Source: a virus (taxonomy: Duplodnaviria; Caudoviricetes). From it: a stretch of DNA of 54,523 bases. Below are positions 28,999-38,499 of this stretch, one piece after another (positions within the stretch are counted from its first letter, which is position 1; the number at the start of each line of letters is the position of its first letter). The notes under the pieces are model-generated. The model was not told where the DNA came from and did no database searches. It was given only the letters and a program-made list of their open reading frames with translations. Where the stretch lies: IMG/VR virus record IMGVR_UViG_3300044641_010325, positions 1 to 54,523 of that record; one strand, 5' to 3'. Made by a program: the position numbers and the translations under genes.

Positions 28999-29918
28999 TG
29001 GCGACGTTCACCGGACCGATCGCCAGCTTCGCGGCGCTGAAGGTCGCTATCGAGACCACGCTCACGGCACGCGGCTGGACGCTGGCGAACGGCATCCTCA
29101 GCAAGGGCGTCGCCTTCGTGCAACTGACCGCGACGGCGACGGAACTGCGCCTGCAGGCCGGAACCGGGCAGGCGGGTGGGGCGCTGACCGGCGCCTGCCC
29201 GCAGTCGGTGAAGCTGTTGTCCTTCGCCAATGCGCCGATCCAGTGGCCGGCGGTGTACGTGCTCCATGCGTTCGATGCGCCCGACGAGATCTATGTCGTG
29301 CTGCGCTACAACGTCGACCGCCACCAGCACCTCAACTGGGGCGTGTCGGCGATGCCGCAGATCGGCGGCACCGGCCTGTGGTGCTCGGGGACCTTCCGTG
29401 GCGATGTCGATGGCACGCGCGCGGGCGTGAAGGCGTACATCGACACCAACGCCGGCACCCAGCTCGGCGCCGCGCCCTACGACGGCCACGGGCTCGGGTT
29501 CTTCTTCGCGAGCATGGCGGGTACGTATCACTCGTCGTTCATTCACTGCGGGCTCGAGGGTGCGCCGGCCTGGCGCACGTCCTATGGCGGCGCGACCGGC
29601 GATCTGCTCGGCGTCTCGCACAAGGCGGGCCTGCTGCACGCGCTGCCTTCGCAGTTCAATCAGGCCACCGTGCTGCTGCCGATCGACGTGCTGCTCGCGC
29701 GACAGGCGCAGGGCCAGACGATCGTCGCCACGTTCGCGCACGCGCGCTACTGCCGGCTCGACCACCTCGATCTGAGTCAACCGCTGGTCTACGGCCCCGA
29801 ACGCTGGACGCCGTATCCGCTGCATGCGGTCCACCCGGTGCAGCGCAACGGCGCCGGTTGGCCGATCGGTGCGCAGCACAGCGGCACCTTCGGCGTCGCG
29901 CTGCGGGATGCGCCCTGA
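28998..29918 (+). CDS. Virion structural (tail tip region) protein
   Basis: Coupled ORF, 306 aa, ends HSGTFGVALR. Confidence 0.7.
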   Translation: MATFTGPIASFAALKVAIETTLTARGWTLANGILSKGVAFVQLTATATELRLQAGTGQAGGALTGACPQSVKLLSFANAPIQWPAVYVLHAFDAPDEIYVVLRYNVDRHQHLNWGVSAMPQIGGTGLWCSGTFRGDVDGTRAGVKAYIDTNAGTQLGAAPYDGHGLGFFFASMAGTYHSSFIHCGLEGAPAWRTSYGGATGDLLGVSHKAGLLHALPSQFNQATVLLPIDVLLARQAQGQTIVATFAHARYCRLDHLDLSQPLVYGPERWTPYPLHAVHPVQRNGAGWPIGAQHSGTFGVALRDAP

Positions 29919-31642
29919 TGGCCGGACTGATCGGCCTTGCGCCGACGCCGCGGGCGTTCGGTGCGGCCAACCCGTTGCTCTCGATCGAACTGAATGCGCT
30001 CGGCGAGGGGGCGTTCGCCCCCGGCACTTACGCCCGCGAGCGGCTGACCGCAGGGGCGGGGGCGTTTCGGGCGCCGGAGGCGCTGCGCTGGCCCGCGACC
30101 GGGCGCCTCGCGCACCGGTTCGCGGAGGATCTGTTCGACCGCGTCCACGTCCTGCCGACCGCGCTGTCGCTGGGCAACGTCGTCTCCGAACTGACCCGCG
30201 AGATCGCGGTGTGGAACGCCTGGCGCAGGCTGCCGCAGACGCTGGTCGCGCTGCGACTGGACGGCGATGCCGGCAGCACGCTCACCGCGCCGGGGGCGCT
30301 GCCGCTGGCGCTGCATCCGCTGCAGGAGCGGGTGCTGACCCTCACCGTCGGCCTCGACGGCCCGCCGGTGATCGACGCGGTGGCGGCGCTGTCCTTCGCG
30401 GACGGCGCGAACTGGTCGATCCGCATCGACGGCCTGCGCCTGCAGGCGTGGACGCTGCCGCCGGACTGGTCCGAGCCGCTGACCGAAACGCTCGCCTGGC
30501 TCACCGACGTCCAGATCGCCGTCGCCGGCACCGTCACCCGCACGCCGCTGCGCGAGGCGCCGCACCGGTCGTGGGAGTTCGCCATCCTCGCCGACCGGCG
30601 CGAGCGGCGCTGGGTCGAGCACGCGCTGTTCGACTGGACGGCGCGGGTGTGGGCGCTGCCGGTGTTCGTCGATACGCGGCGGCTCGGTGCGCCACTGGCG
30701 GCGGGCGCGGTCGAGATCCCGGTCGACGCCAGGGGGTTGGATTTTGCGGTCGGCAGCCTCGCCATGCTCTGGCGCGACGTGGCGAGCTACGAACTGGTCG
30801 AAGTCGCGCAGATCGCGAACGGTCGTGTGTCCTTGCGTGCGCCGACGCGCCGCGCGTGGCCGGTCGGCACGCGCCTGATGCCCTGCCGCACCGCGCGCCT
30901 GACCGATGCGCCGGAGTTGCGGCGCCACACCGACCGGCTGATGTCCGCGCAGCTGCGCTTCGAGGCGGCCGAGCCGTGCGACTGGCCGGCGGCGTTGCCG
31001 GCGACGCGCTACCGCGGGTTCCCCGTGCTCGAACACCGCCCGGACGAAACCCGGGACCCGAGCGCGATCCTGGCCCGTCGCTTCGATCTGCTCGATGGCG
31101 ACGTCGGCCGCACGCAGGTCGACGATGCGTCGGGCCTGGCGTGGACCACGCAGTCGCACGCCTGGCGGTTGTTCGGCCGCGCCGAACGCGCCGCACACCG
31201 CAGCCTGCTCTATGGCCTGCAGGGGCGGGCGGAGGCGCTGTGGCTGCCGACCTGGACCGACGATCTCGAGGTGATCGAGACGATCGGCGAGACCGCACTC
31301 ACGTTCACCGTCGCCGCCTGCGGCGTCAGTCGCAGCCTGCGCCAGCAGGCCGGCCGTCGTCACCTCCGCATCGAACTCGTCGACGGCACGGTCTTCTACC
31401 GCGCCGTCGAAGCATCCACCGAACTCGAATCGCCCCACCCTGAAACACGCGAACGTGTGGAACGTGTGCGGATCGACGTCGCGCTGGGTCTCGTTGTCAG
31501 ACCCGAACGGGTCCGGCTGGTGAGCTGGATGGCGTTGGTCACGCTGGCGGGCGACACGGTCGAACTGCGCCACCACGCCGACAGCGACGGTCTGCTCGAC
31601 TGCGCCGTGTCCTTCGCAGGGGTTCCGGCGGAGGAGCCGTAA
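29918..31642 (+). CDS. Virion structural/tail protein
   Basis: ATG 29918 coupled; 574 aa; LSLGNVVS...VWNAW, PDWSEPLTETLAWLTDV. Confidence 0.75.
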   Translation: MAGLIGLAPTPRAFGAANPLLSIELNALGEGAFAPGTYARERLTAGAGAFRAPEALRWPATGRLAHRFAEDLFDRVHVLPTALSLGNVVSELTREIAVWNAWRRLPQTLVALRLDGDAGSTLTAPGALPLALHPLQERVLTLTVGLDGPPVIDAVAALSFADGANWSIRIDGLRLQAWTLPPDWSEPLTETLAWLTDVQIAVAGTVTRTPLREAPHRSWEFAILADRRERRWVEHALFDWTARVWALPVFVDTRRLGAPLAAGAVEIPVDARGLDFAVGSLAMLWRDVASYELVEVAQIANGRVSLRAPTRRAWPVGTRLMPCRTARLTDAPELRRHTDRLMSAQLRFEAAEPCDWPAALPATRYRGFPVLEHRPDETRDPSAILARRFDLLDGDVGRTQVDDASGLAWTTQSHAWRLFGRAERAAHRSLLYGLQGRAEALWLPTWTDDLEVIETIGETALTFTVAACGVSRSLRQQAGRRHLRIELVDGTVFYRAVEASTELESPHPETRERVERVRIDVALGLVVRPERVRLVSWMALVTLAGDTVELRHHADSDGLLDCAVSFAGVPAEEP

Positions 31643-31644
31643 GC

Positions 31645-32442
31645 ATGGCCTTGCTCTCGCGCGAGATCGAGCTCTACGACTTCTCGATCGGCCTGCACCA
31701 CTGGCGCTACACCGATGCCAAACGCGAAGCGATCGTCGAAGGCCAGCGTTACGCCCCGGTCACGCTCACGCGCGAGAAGATCGTGCAGTCGGCGGAAGAA
31801 TCGAAGAACGCGCTGCAGATCACCGCGCCGCTGGATCTGCCGCTGCTGAACCTGTTCCGCCCGGTGCCACCGGGGCTGCGCCTGCGCCTGGACCTCAAGC
31901 GCGTCAGAGTGCGCGACGGTCAGGTGCGCCTGGGCTGGACTGGGCACGTCGCCAACCTCGACGAAACCCACAGCGTCGCCAAGCTGCGCTGCGAGTCGCT
32001 CGCCGCCGCCGTCGAGACCCTCGGCCTGCGCCGCAGCTGGCAGTCGAACTGTCCGCTGGTGCTCTACAGCCAGGGGCTCGGATTGTGCAATGCCGATCCG
32101 GACGCGCACGCGGTGCTGGCGGTGCTCAGCGACGCGACCGGCTACACCGTGTCGTCGGCCGCCTTCGATGCGTTCGACGACGGTCACTTCGACGGCGGCG
32201 TGCTGCAGTGGACGGCGACGCTCGGCGTCGAACGCCGCTTCGTGGTCAGTCACGTGGGCACCACCCTGCGCCTGCTCACCCCAGCCGCGCTCGCGCCCGA
32301 CGCGCGCGTCGTCGCGTTCCCCGGCTGCGACCGCACGCTGGGGCCGAACGGCTGCCCGAAATTCCGCAACGAACTGAACTACGGCGGCCAGCCGACCTTG
32401 AAGGGCATGCGCAATCCCTTCGGCAGCGACCCGGTCTTCTGA
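31645..32442 (+). CDS. DUF2163/BR0599-family tail hub protein
   Basis: ELYDF...WRYTDA, CPLVLYSQG..C, PGCDRT...CPKFRNELNYGG. Confidence 0.85.
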   Translation: MALLSREIELYDFSIGLHHWRYTDAKREAIVEGQRYAPVTLTREKIVQSAEESKNALQITAPLDLPLLNLFRPVPPGLRLRLDLKRVRVRDGQVRLGWTGHVANLDETHSVAKLRCESLAAAVETLGLRRSWQSNCPLVLYSQGLGLCNADPDAHAVLAVLSDATGYTVSSAAFDAFDDGHFDGGVLQWTATLGVERRFVVSHVGTTLRLLTPAALAPDARVVAFPGCDRTLGPNGCPKFRNELNYGGQPTLKGMRNPFGSDPVF

Positions 32443-32522
32443 ATTCCCCTTCCCGAGCACCGCCCGACGCCATCGCGCCGGGCGACGGCTGCGCGCGTCC
32501 CGCCCCCAGGAACCCGTCCACG

Positions 32523-32750
32523 ATGTGGGTCTACGTCTTCGTGCTGATTCTCGCCATCGCGCTCAGCGTCGCGATGCGCCCCAAACCGCAATCGACCAAG
32601 CCGCCTTCGCTCGCCGACTTCTCGGTGCCGACCGCCGAAGAGGGCCGCGAGGTCATGGTGATCTTCGGCGAGGTGTGGGTGGACGATCCCAACGTGCTCG
32701 CCTACGGCGATCTGCGCACCACGCCGATCAAGGCCAGCGGCGGGAAGTGA
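32523..32750 (+). CDS. Small tail assembly protein
   Basis: 75 aa, hydrophobic N-terminus, PTAEEGREVMVIFG...NVLAYGDL. Confidence 0.75.
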   Translation: MWVYVFVLILAIALSVAMRPKPQSTKPPSLADFSVPTAEEGREVMVIFGEVWVDDPNVLAYGDLRTTPIKASGGK

Positions 32751-32995
32751 TGGACGTTCTGCGCATTCACCTTCGGCATGTGCGCGCGATCGATCCGGCG
32801 GGCGGGCCGCTGTGTACGCCGGGCATTCGCGCGTGGTGCCGCCAGCACGACATCGATCTGCGCGCGTTGCGTGAGGACGGCATCGCCGTCGACGACCTCC
32901 CCCATCTGCACGACGATCCCTTCGTCGTCCGCGTGATCGAGATCGCGCGCGCCGACCAGGCAGGTGGCGATGCCGGAGTGCCCGATGCGACGTGA
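32750..32995 (+). CDS. Small tail assembly protein
   Basis: 81 aa, coupled start; CTPGIRAWCRQHDID...DGI. Confidence 0.7.
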   Translation: MDVLRIHLRHVRAIDPAGGPLCTPGIRAWCRQHDIDLRALREDGIAVDDLPHLHDDPFVVRVIEIARADQAGGDAGVPDAT

Positions 32996-33266
32996 GTCGA
33001 TGTATCGCGGCTGGATCGTGGTCGCCTGCGTGGCCTCGATCGTCTCCGGCGCGGCGCTGTGGATGGCGGGCGAACGCCCGTTCGGCGCCTTCGGCATCGC
33101 GGCGGGCCTGTTCCACGCGGTGTGGGGCCTGGATCTGCGCGCGCTCGTGCGTGGGCGCTGGCGACGACGTCCGATCGTGATCCCCACGCTGCGCCCGATT
33201 GTGGTCTCGCCGCCGCGGCATACCCGGCTGCAGCGCCTGCGCGCCTGGGGCCGTCGCCGTGGGTAA
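32985..33266 (+). CDS. Small membrane protein (two hydrophobic segments, basic tail); holin candidate
   Basis: GGAG RBS before ATG 32985; WIVVACVASIVSGAALWM and FGAFGIAAGLFHAVWGL, Arg-rich C-terminus; fills the gap between tail genes. Confidence 0.5.
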   Translation: MRRESMYRGWIVVACVASIVSGAALWMAGERPFGAFGIAAGLFHAVWGLDLRALVRGRWRRRPIVIPTLRPIVVSPPRHTRLQRLRAWGRRRG

Positions 33267-35745
33267 GTCGAGCAAGCCGACCATCGGCTACCGGCACTTC
33301 ATGTACCTGTACATGGGCGAGTCGATCGGCCCGAACGACTACCTCGCAGGCGTGAAGGTCGGCGGGCAGACGGTGTTCGAGGGCGAACGCGCCGGCAGCG
33401 GCACGCTGGCGATCAACCTGCCGCAACTGTTCGGAGGCGACAAGAAGGAAGGCGGGCTCGTCGGCACGCTGCAGATCCGTATGGGCGAGCCGGACCAACT
33501 GCCGGTGCCTTACCTGCAGCAGCAGGTGCCCGGTCCGTGGCCCGCCGCGCGCGGCCTCTGCACCACGCTCTACCGCGGGATGGTGGGGGCGATGAACCCC
33601 TACCTGAAGCTGTGGGCCAAGCGTTGGGGACGCTTCGTGCAGGGCTGGTCGACGCCGGTGTGGCAGCCGCAGCTCGCGCGCATCGGTCGCGGCATGAACG
33701 CGGCGCACATCCACTACCAGTGCCTGACCGACACGGTCTGGGGCTGCGGTCTGGATCCCGCCCTGATCGATGGCGAGAGCTTCCTGCGCGCGGCCGAGCA
33801 GTTGCACGACGAGGCCTTCGGGTTGTGCCTCGGTTGGCGACGCGGGGACTCGATCGGGAATTTCCTGCAGACGGTGAACACCCACGTCGGCGGGCTGTGG
33901 GCGTTCGATCCGATGCGCGGCCAGTTCGTGTACCGGTTGTTCCGACCGGACTACGACGTCGCCACGTTGCCGCTGCTCGACGAAACCAGCGTGCTGGCGC
34001 TGGAGAGCTGGCAGACGCCGCTGCTGGATGGTTCGGTGAACGAGGTGACGGTGCTCGGCCGCGACTGCGTAACCAACCTCGAGATCGCCGCGACGTTCCA
34101 GAACATGGCGAACGTCCAGGCACAGGGCCGCGTCGTCGCCGATCGCCGTGCGTTGCCTGGGCTTTGGAATCGCACGCTGTGCGAGCGCGTCGCCGCGCGC
34201 GAGACCGCCGCGGCGAGCAGCCTGCTGCAGCGGATCAAGCTCACCGTCGACCGCCGCTGGTGGGGTGTGAAGCGCGGTGACGTGCTCGCGTTGTCGTGGC
34301 GGCGCAAGGGCGTGCAGCGCATGCCCGTGCGGGTGCTGGAGGTGGACGAGGGCACGCGCACGGACGGTGCGCTCGCGCTGGTGCTAGTGCAGGACATCGA
34401 CGGCATGGCCGCGACCGCCTACCTGCGGCCGGTGATCGGGCCGTGGACGCCGCCGGACACGCGTCCGGTTGCGGTGCCGGCACAGCGCCTCGTCGAGGCG
34501 ACATATCGCGATCTCGCCGGCCGCCTGCGCCCCGCGGATCTGGCGCAGGTCGAGGACGATGCCGGGTTCGTCGTCGCGCTCGGCGCGCGGCCGAACGGGC
34601 CGGCCTACGGCTACATGCTCACCACGCGCACAGGTGCGGGCGACTTCGTCGAGGTCGCGGGCGGGGACTTCTCCGCCACCGCAACCCTCGCGGGTGCTCT
34701 GGGATCGACCGACACGGTGGCGATGCTCGCGGATATGCGCGACCTGGATCAAGTCGCCGTCGGCAGCGAGGCGCTGATCGACGAGGAACTGGTGCGCATC
34801 GATGCCATCGATCCTGTCGCAGGGACGCTCACGCTCGCCCGCGGATGTGTCGACACCGTGCCGGTGCCGCATGCGGCGGGCGCGCGGGTGTGGTGTACGG
34901 ACATCTACGTCGGCGCCGATCCGACCGAATACCTCGCCGGGGATACCGTCCAGGCGAAACTGCTGACGCGCACGCAACAGGGCACGCTCGATCCCGCACT
35001 CGCGCCCGTTGCGCAGGTGCGCCTCGACGCGCGCCACGCCCGGCCCTATCCGCCGGGGCGGTTGCGGATCAACGGCGCCGCGTGGCCGCCGACGGCCTTC
35101 GCGCGACTCGACTTCGCCTGGGCGCACCGCGATCGCATGCTGCAGGGCGATCGCCTGATCGAACACGAGGCCGGCAGCATCGGCCCCGAACCGGGCACGA
35201 CGACGACCGTGCGCGTGCTGCACGCGCTCAGCGGGGCGGTGCTGCACGAAACGACGGGTATCGCCGGAACGAGCCATACGGTCGAGGTGCTGCTGGCCAG
35301 CGACGCCACCATCCGCGTCGAAATCCGCAGCCAGCGTGGCGCGCTCGCCAGTCGCCAGACGCACGTGCGCACGCTCCAGTGCGAGTGTGGCGAGAAGTTG
35401 GCGAATGCCGACTTCGATACCCAGGCCGCGTGGACACCCGGTGCCGGCTGGTCGATCGCCGGCAGTGCGGCGATCAAGGTCGCCGGTACCGCGACCGACA
35501 TGGCACAGACCTTCGCGTTCGTCGATGGCGCGCTGTACCGCGTCGAATGGGTGTTGTCCCAGGTGACCGCCGGCAGCGCGCGCGTCGTGCTGGACGGCGC
35601 TACGCCCGTGCAGGGCGAGGCGCGCGCCGGCAGCGGCACCTCCATCGACGTGTTCACGGCCAGCGCGCACACCGCGCTGCGCGTTGCCGCAGACGCTGCC
35701 TTCGCCGGTCGCGTCGAACGCGTCAGTCTGCGCCGATTGGCGTAG
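33259..35745 (+). CDS. Tail tip/host-specificity protein with C-terminal carbohydrate-binding-like domain
   Basis: GTG 33259; GKSSKPTIGYR, LFGGDKKEGG, NPYLK.W, ARGCVDTVP..H, RPYPPG, WAHRDR. Confidence 0.85.
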   Translation: MGKSSKPTIGYRHFMYLYMGESIGPNDYLAGVKVGGQTVFEGERAGSGTLAINLPQLFGGDKKEGGLVGTLQIRMGEPDQLPVPYLQQQVPGPWPAARGLCTTLYRGMVGAMNPYLKLWAKRWGRFVQGWSTPVWQPQLARIGRGMNAAHIHYQCLTDTVWGCGLDPALIDGESFLRAAEQLHDEAFGLCLGWRRGDSIGNFLQTVNTHVGGLWAFDPMRGQFVYRLFRPDYDVATLPLLDETSVLALESWQTPLLDGSVNEVTVLGRDCVTNLEIAATFQNMANVQAQGRVVADRRALPGLWNRTLCERVAARETAAASSLLQRIKLTVDRRWWGVKRGDVLALSWRRKGVQRMPVRVLEVDEGTRTDGALALVLVQDIDGMAATAYLRPVIGPWTPPDTRPVAVPAQRLVEATYRDLAGRLRPADLAQVEDDAGFVVALGARPNGPAYGYMLTTRTGAGDFVEVAGGDFSATATLAGALGSTDTVAMLADMRDLDQVAVGSEALIDEELVRIDAIDPVAGTLTLARGCVDTVPVPHAAGARVWCTDIYVGADPTEYLAGDTVQAKLLTRTQQGTLDPALAPVAQVRLDARHARPYPPGRLRINGAAWPPTAFARLDFAWAHRDRMLQGDRLIEHEAGSIGPEPGTTTTVRVLHALSGAVLHETTGIAGTSHTVEVLLASDATIRVEIRSQRGALASRQTHVRTLQCECGEKLANADFDTQAAWTPGAGWSIAGSAAIKVAGTATDMAQTFAFVDGALYRVEWVLSQVTAGSARVVLDGATPVQGEARAGSGTSIDVFTASAHTALRVAADAAFAGRVERVSLRRLA

Positions 35746-35820
35746 TTCGCGGACGAAGTCAACGCCTGCATCGAAGCCTGTACGACAGGTGTCCGGATGT
35801 CGCGGCGCGACATGCATCGG

Positions 35821-35853
35821 CGCTTGGCTTCCATCCCGCACAGCGCGTTCATG
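35821..35853 (+). promoter_or_regulatory. 33-bp repeated motif, copy 3
   Basis: CGCTTGGCTTCCATCCCGCACAGCGCGTTCATG, 24 nt before ATG 35878. Confidence 0.7.
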
Positions 35854-35877
35854 CGACCACACATCCCGGAGACGCCC

Positions 35878-36138
35878 ATGAACGACAACAGACCCGACGC
35901 CAAAGACGAAGGCGAGCGCCACCTGCGCGCGCTGATCGACGCGCTCGAAGCCACGCGCCTGGATATCGGACTGCAACTGCAGCGCCTCGAGCAGGCGACA
36001 TCGCTGGCGGAACGCGGCGATGTGCTGCGCGATGCCATCGTCGCGGTCGAAGACCGCCTCAGCCCGCAAGAGCGCCTCGCCCAATTGGCGCGGCTGGGCG
36101 ACGCCTACGACCTCATCACAGGAACGAGCCGCCGCTGA
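35878..36138 (+). CDS. Small hypothetical protein (86 aa, helical)
   Basis: GGAG RBS, ATG 35878, follows the motif; hairpin 36149-36173 downstream. Confidence 0.65.
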   Translation: MNDNRPDAKDEGERHLRALIDALEATRLDIGLQLQRLEQATSLAERGDVLRDAIVAVEDRLSPQERLAQLARLGDAYDLITGTSRR

Positions 36139-36148
36139 GGTCGGCAAG

Positions 36149-36173
36149 TGCCCCGCGCGTACGGCGCGGGGCA
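36149..36173 (+). terminator. GC-rich hairpin closing a small-gene unit
   Basis: TGCCCCGCGC-GTACG-GCGCGGGGCA, perfect 10-bp stem, no T-tract. Confidence 0.4.
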
Positions 36174-36215
36174 GCGATGCGCTCACCTGTACGTCGACGA
36201 TCTGCGTGCGTGTGG

Positions 36216-36248
36216 CGCTTGGCTTCCCTCCAGAACAGCGCGTTCATG
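36216..36248 (+). promoter_or_regulatory. 33-bp repeated motif, copy 4
   Basis: CGCTTGGCTTCCCTCCAGAACAGCGCGTTCATG, 38 nt before ATG 36287. Confidence 0.7.
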
Positions 36249-36286
36249 ACGACGTCGAATCGCCGACGCCCACACCGAGAACACAC

Positions 36287-36669
36287 ATGCCCACGATGAC
36301 GCTCGCCAGTCCGTACACCATGACCCTCCACATCCCCCGCACACCGCGCATCGTTCAATTCCGGGGCAATCGCTGCGCGTCGAACAACTCGGCGTGCGCC
36401 TTCCCTTCGCGTGCAAGCCCGACAACCTGCGCGAGATGTGCGCCACCGGCGAGCACCGCATCTACATCACCGAAACGGTCGAATTGACCATCGCGCAGTT
36501 CGATGACTTTACGAGGGACCTGACCCGGCCGCAGCCGTGGCTCGCCGGCAAGGGCGGCAACGTCGCCGATGGCTGCCTGTGCGTCGAAGTCCACGCGCCC
36601 AGCCGTCCCTACCTCTACGTCGATCCCTCGGGCGGCGACTACGCCCGTTACGTGGCGCGTCTGGGGTAA
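36287..36669 (+). pseudogene. Small hypothetical protein with a single frameshift at about 36363 (possible sequencing error)
   Basis: MPTMTL...RIVQFRG joins QSLRVEQLGVRLPFACKP...YVDPSGGDYARYVARLG if one G is added to the G4 run. Confidence 0.6.
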
Positions 36670-36698
36670 CCGAACAGCCTCGAAAAGAAGCCCGGCTG

Positions 36699-36731
36699 GG
36701 CTTGGCTTCTTCCCCGAACAGCGCGTACATG
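36699..36731 (+). promoter_or_regulatory. 33-bp repeated motif, copy 5
   Basis: GGCTTGGCTTCTTCCCCGAACAGCGCGTACATG, 26 nt before ATG 36758. Confidence 0.7.
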
Positions 36732-36757
36732 CAACCCCCGACACGGAATTCGACCCC

Positions 36758-37081
36758 ATGACATACGCACCCTCTCGCAAGATCCGCAAGCGCGTCAAGG
36801 AGTTCTATCTCGCCTCCCTGCTCGTGCACGTCCCCGGCCGACGTGGCCGCCACGCTTGGCGGCGCGAAGTGCTGCGCGCACGCACACCCCGCGCACTCCT
36901 GCGCCAGATCGACGGTCGCAAACACTTCGCCTACGCCAGCAACGGGATCGATGTGGTGCGGATCGAGCTGATCGAGGCCGGCGACCTGCTCTTGGCACCG
37001 ATTGCGGACGGCGCAAAAGTCGAGCCGCTCGACGATCTGCTCGCGCGTATCGCCGCGAGTCCGACCGGCCTTGTGTGGTGA
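36758..37081 (+). CDS. Small hypothetical protein (107 aa, basic N-terminus)
   Basis: ATG 36758 after the motif; MTYAPSRKIRKRVKEFYLASLLVH. Confidence 0.6.
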   Translation: MTYAPSRKIRKRVKEFYLASLLVHVPGRRGRHAWRREVLRARTPRALLRQIDGRKHFAYASNGIDVVRIELIEAGDLLLAPIADGAKVEPLDDLLARIAASPTGLVW

Positions 37082-37095
37082 AGGAGAAAGCCGAC

Positions 37096-37464
37096 ATGAC
37101 AATTTCCACTTTCAGCAACGCGCAAGACCCGTACCTGCGGATCGCAAGGCAGCGTTTCGGCATCGACGTCGAAGCCGCCGCGACCTCCGGCGACCCCGCC
37201 GAAATCAAGCGCGTCCAGACCCTGCTCGATGCGCTCGCCGAAGCCTACGAGATTGGCTTCGAAGACGGCGAACACTACGTCACCAGCAATGATGTGCCGC
37301 TGGACGAATGCGTCACCACTCTCGACACCGCGTTTCTGCTCGCGATCCATCGCGGCGACGCCGACCTGCGTGCCCAAGTCATTGCCGAGATCTCAAGCCG
37401 GGCCGGCATCGGCTCCGATCCCATTGTCGCCTTCGCACCACCACTTTCCGAACAGCACGGATGA
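37096..37464 (+). CDS. Hypothetical protein (122 aa); apparent fusion of a DUF6900-like domain and an AIHxGD domain
   Basis: Strong AAGGAG RBS; its halves resemble 38302-38499 and 38496-38696. Confidence 0.7.
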   Translation: MTISTFSNAQDPYLRIARQRFGIDVEAAATSGDPAEIKRVQTLLDALAEAYEIGFEDGEHYVTSNDVPLDECVTTLDTAFLLAIHRGDADLRAQVIAEISSRAGIGSDPIVAFAPPLSEQHG

Positions 37465-37527
37465 ACGCTGCTGTTGGAATACGGAAGCTGTCTGTCGCCT
37501 GTCTCCGCCGGGGAAGCGGCGAGTTCG

Positions 37528-37560
37528 CGCTTGGCTTCACTCGCGAACAGCGCGTTCATG
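37528..37560 (+). promoter_or_regulatory. 33-bp repeated motif, copy 6
   Basis: CGCTTGGCTTCACTCGCGAACAGCGCGTTCATG, 30 nt before ATG 37591. Confidence 0.7.
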
Positions 37561-37590
37561 GACACACACCCACCCACATCAGCAGCTTGC

Positions 37591-37875
37591 ATGAGTACCG
37601 GAATCAACCCGCGTGATCTCGAAACGCATCTCGCCCTGCGCAACGGCGCAGAGGCCCTGCAAAGCATGCGCGAAGCCATCGAACGTACTGCGCAGGAGAT
37701 CGCGCGATATGAAATTCAATTTCAGGAGGCTGCAGACCTCGGCCAGAAGGCCAAGGTCCTGAACTGGGCGATCAACCACATTTGCACCAGCATCATGCCA
37801 AACGCACGAATCGACCTCGCTGCCGGCGCGCAAGCCCAATTGCACGCGCTTGGCCTGCGGGCGGATGCGACATGA
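37591..37875 (+). CDS. Small hypothetical protein (94 aa, helical)
   Basis: ATG 37591 after the motif; KAKVLNWAINHI. Confidence 0.6.
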   Translation: MSTGINPRDLETHLALRNGAEALQSMREAIERTAQEIARYEIQFQEAADLGQKAKVLNWAINHICTSIMPNARIDLAAGAQAQLHALGLRADAT

Positions 37876-38054
37876 GCGTGGTCCGCACCTCACCGGACAA
37901 TGCGCGCGATCCCCTCGAGGCGATCCGCGCGCTCGATGCCCGGCTGCCGCTGGCGATGCAGCATGCCGATGACGACCTGCTGGCCGCAGTCCGCTGCGAC
38001 CTCAATCGGCGATGGCATGGCGACGGAGCGGGCGAAGGCGACGGTGCTTGCTGA
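37872..38054 (+). CDS. Small hypothetical protein (60 aa)
   Basis: ATGA overlap with the upstream gene. Confidence 0.4.
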   Translation: MSVVRTSPDNARDPLEAIRALDARLPLAMQHADDDLLAAVRCDLNRRWHGDGAGEGDGAC

Positions 38055-38216
38055 CCCGCGCAATATCGCCCACCGCCCGCACGGTTGCGCGATGTGCGGT
38101 ACCGGGGCGGTGTCGGCCGATAGCCGGTGGATTGGGCCTCGCGTGCCGGTGGCACGCGCAGGTGCCGGCGGGTGATGCCGTACCGAACCTGTCTGCCATT
38201 CCACTGACGCGTCTTG

Positions 38217-38249
38217 GACTTGGCTTCACATCCGAACAGCGCGTTCATG
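38217..38249 (+). promoter_or_regulatory. 33-bp repeated motif, copy 7
   Basis: GACTTGGCTTCACATCCGAACAGCGCGTTCATG, 52 nt before ATG 38302. Confidence 0.7.
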
Positions 38250-38301
38250 CCGTCACGCGGCGCACGGTGCGCCGCAAACCCACACCCAAGGGAATTCACT
38301 C

Positions 38302-38499
38302 ATGAGCAAGCCACCGGAACGTTGTCGTCGCGTCATTGCCGAGATCGCCACAAAGCATCTCGGCCTGCCCACTCTCGAAGAGCGAGGCGTGGATCGGTTG
38401 GATTTTCATGAATTGTCGGTCGCCTCGATTCGTGCCGCACTCGAAGCGGCCTATGCCGCCGGTGCCACGTCGGCGGCTGCCAAGGCGGTGCGCGCATGA
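38302..38499 (+). CDS. DUF6900-like small phage protein
   Basis: IATKHLGLPTLEERGVDRLDFHELSVASIRAALEAAYAAG. Confidence 0.75.
   Translation: MSKPPERCRRVIAEIATKHLGLPTLEERGVDRLDFHELSVASIRAALEAAYAAGATSAAAKAVRA

Noticed and set aside
35821-35853. Motif as a sigma32 heat-shock promoter (CTTG...CAT)
   Set aside because: It lacks the CTTGAA and CCCCAT consensus, and the CTTG-to-CAT distance (23 nt) is longer than expected.
161-36299. Many long overlapping or antisense ORFs (e.g. 7632-9710, 13968-16292, 23981-26026, 29789-31576, 34296-36299)
   Set aside because: These are shadow ORFs of high-GC coding DNA: Arg/Ala/Gly-rich, without motifs, and overlapping well-supported phage genes.
12405-38305. Recurring peptides LGFxxEQRVH / LASxxNSAFM / MNALF in many ORF-track entries as a protein domain
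   Set aside because: They appear in different frames and on both strands, so they are translations of the conserved DNA motif. The true starts lie downstream of it.
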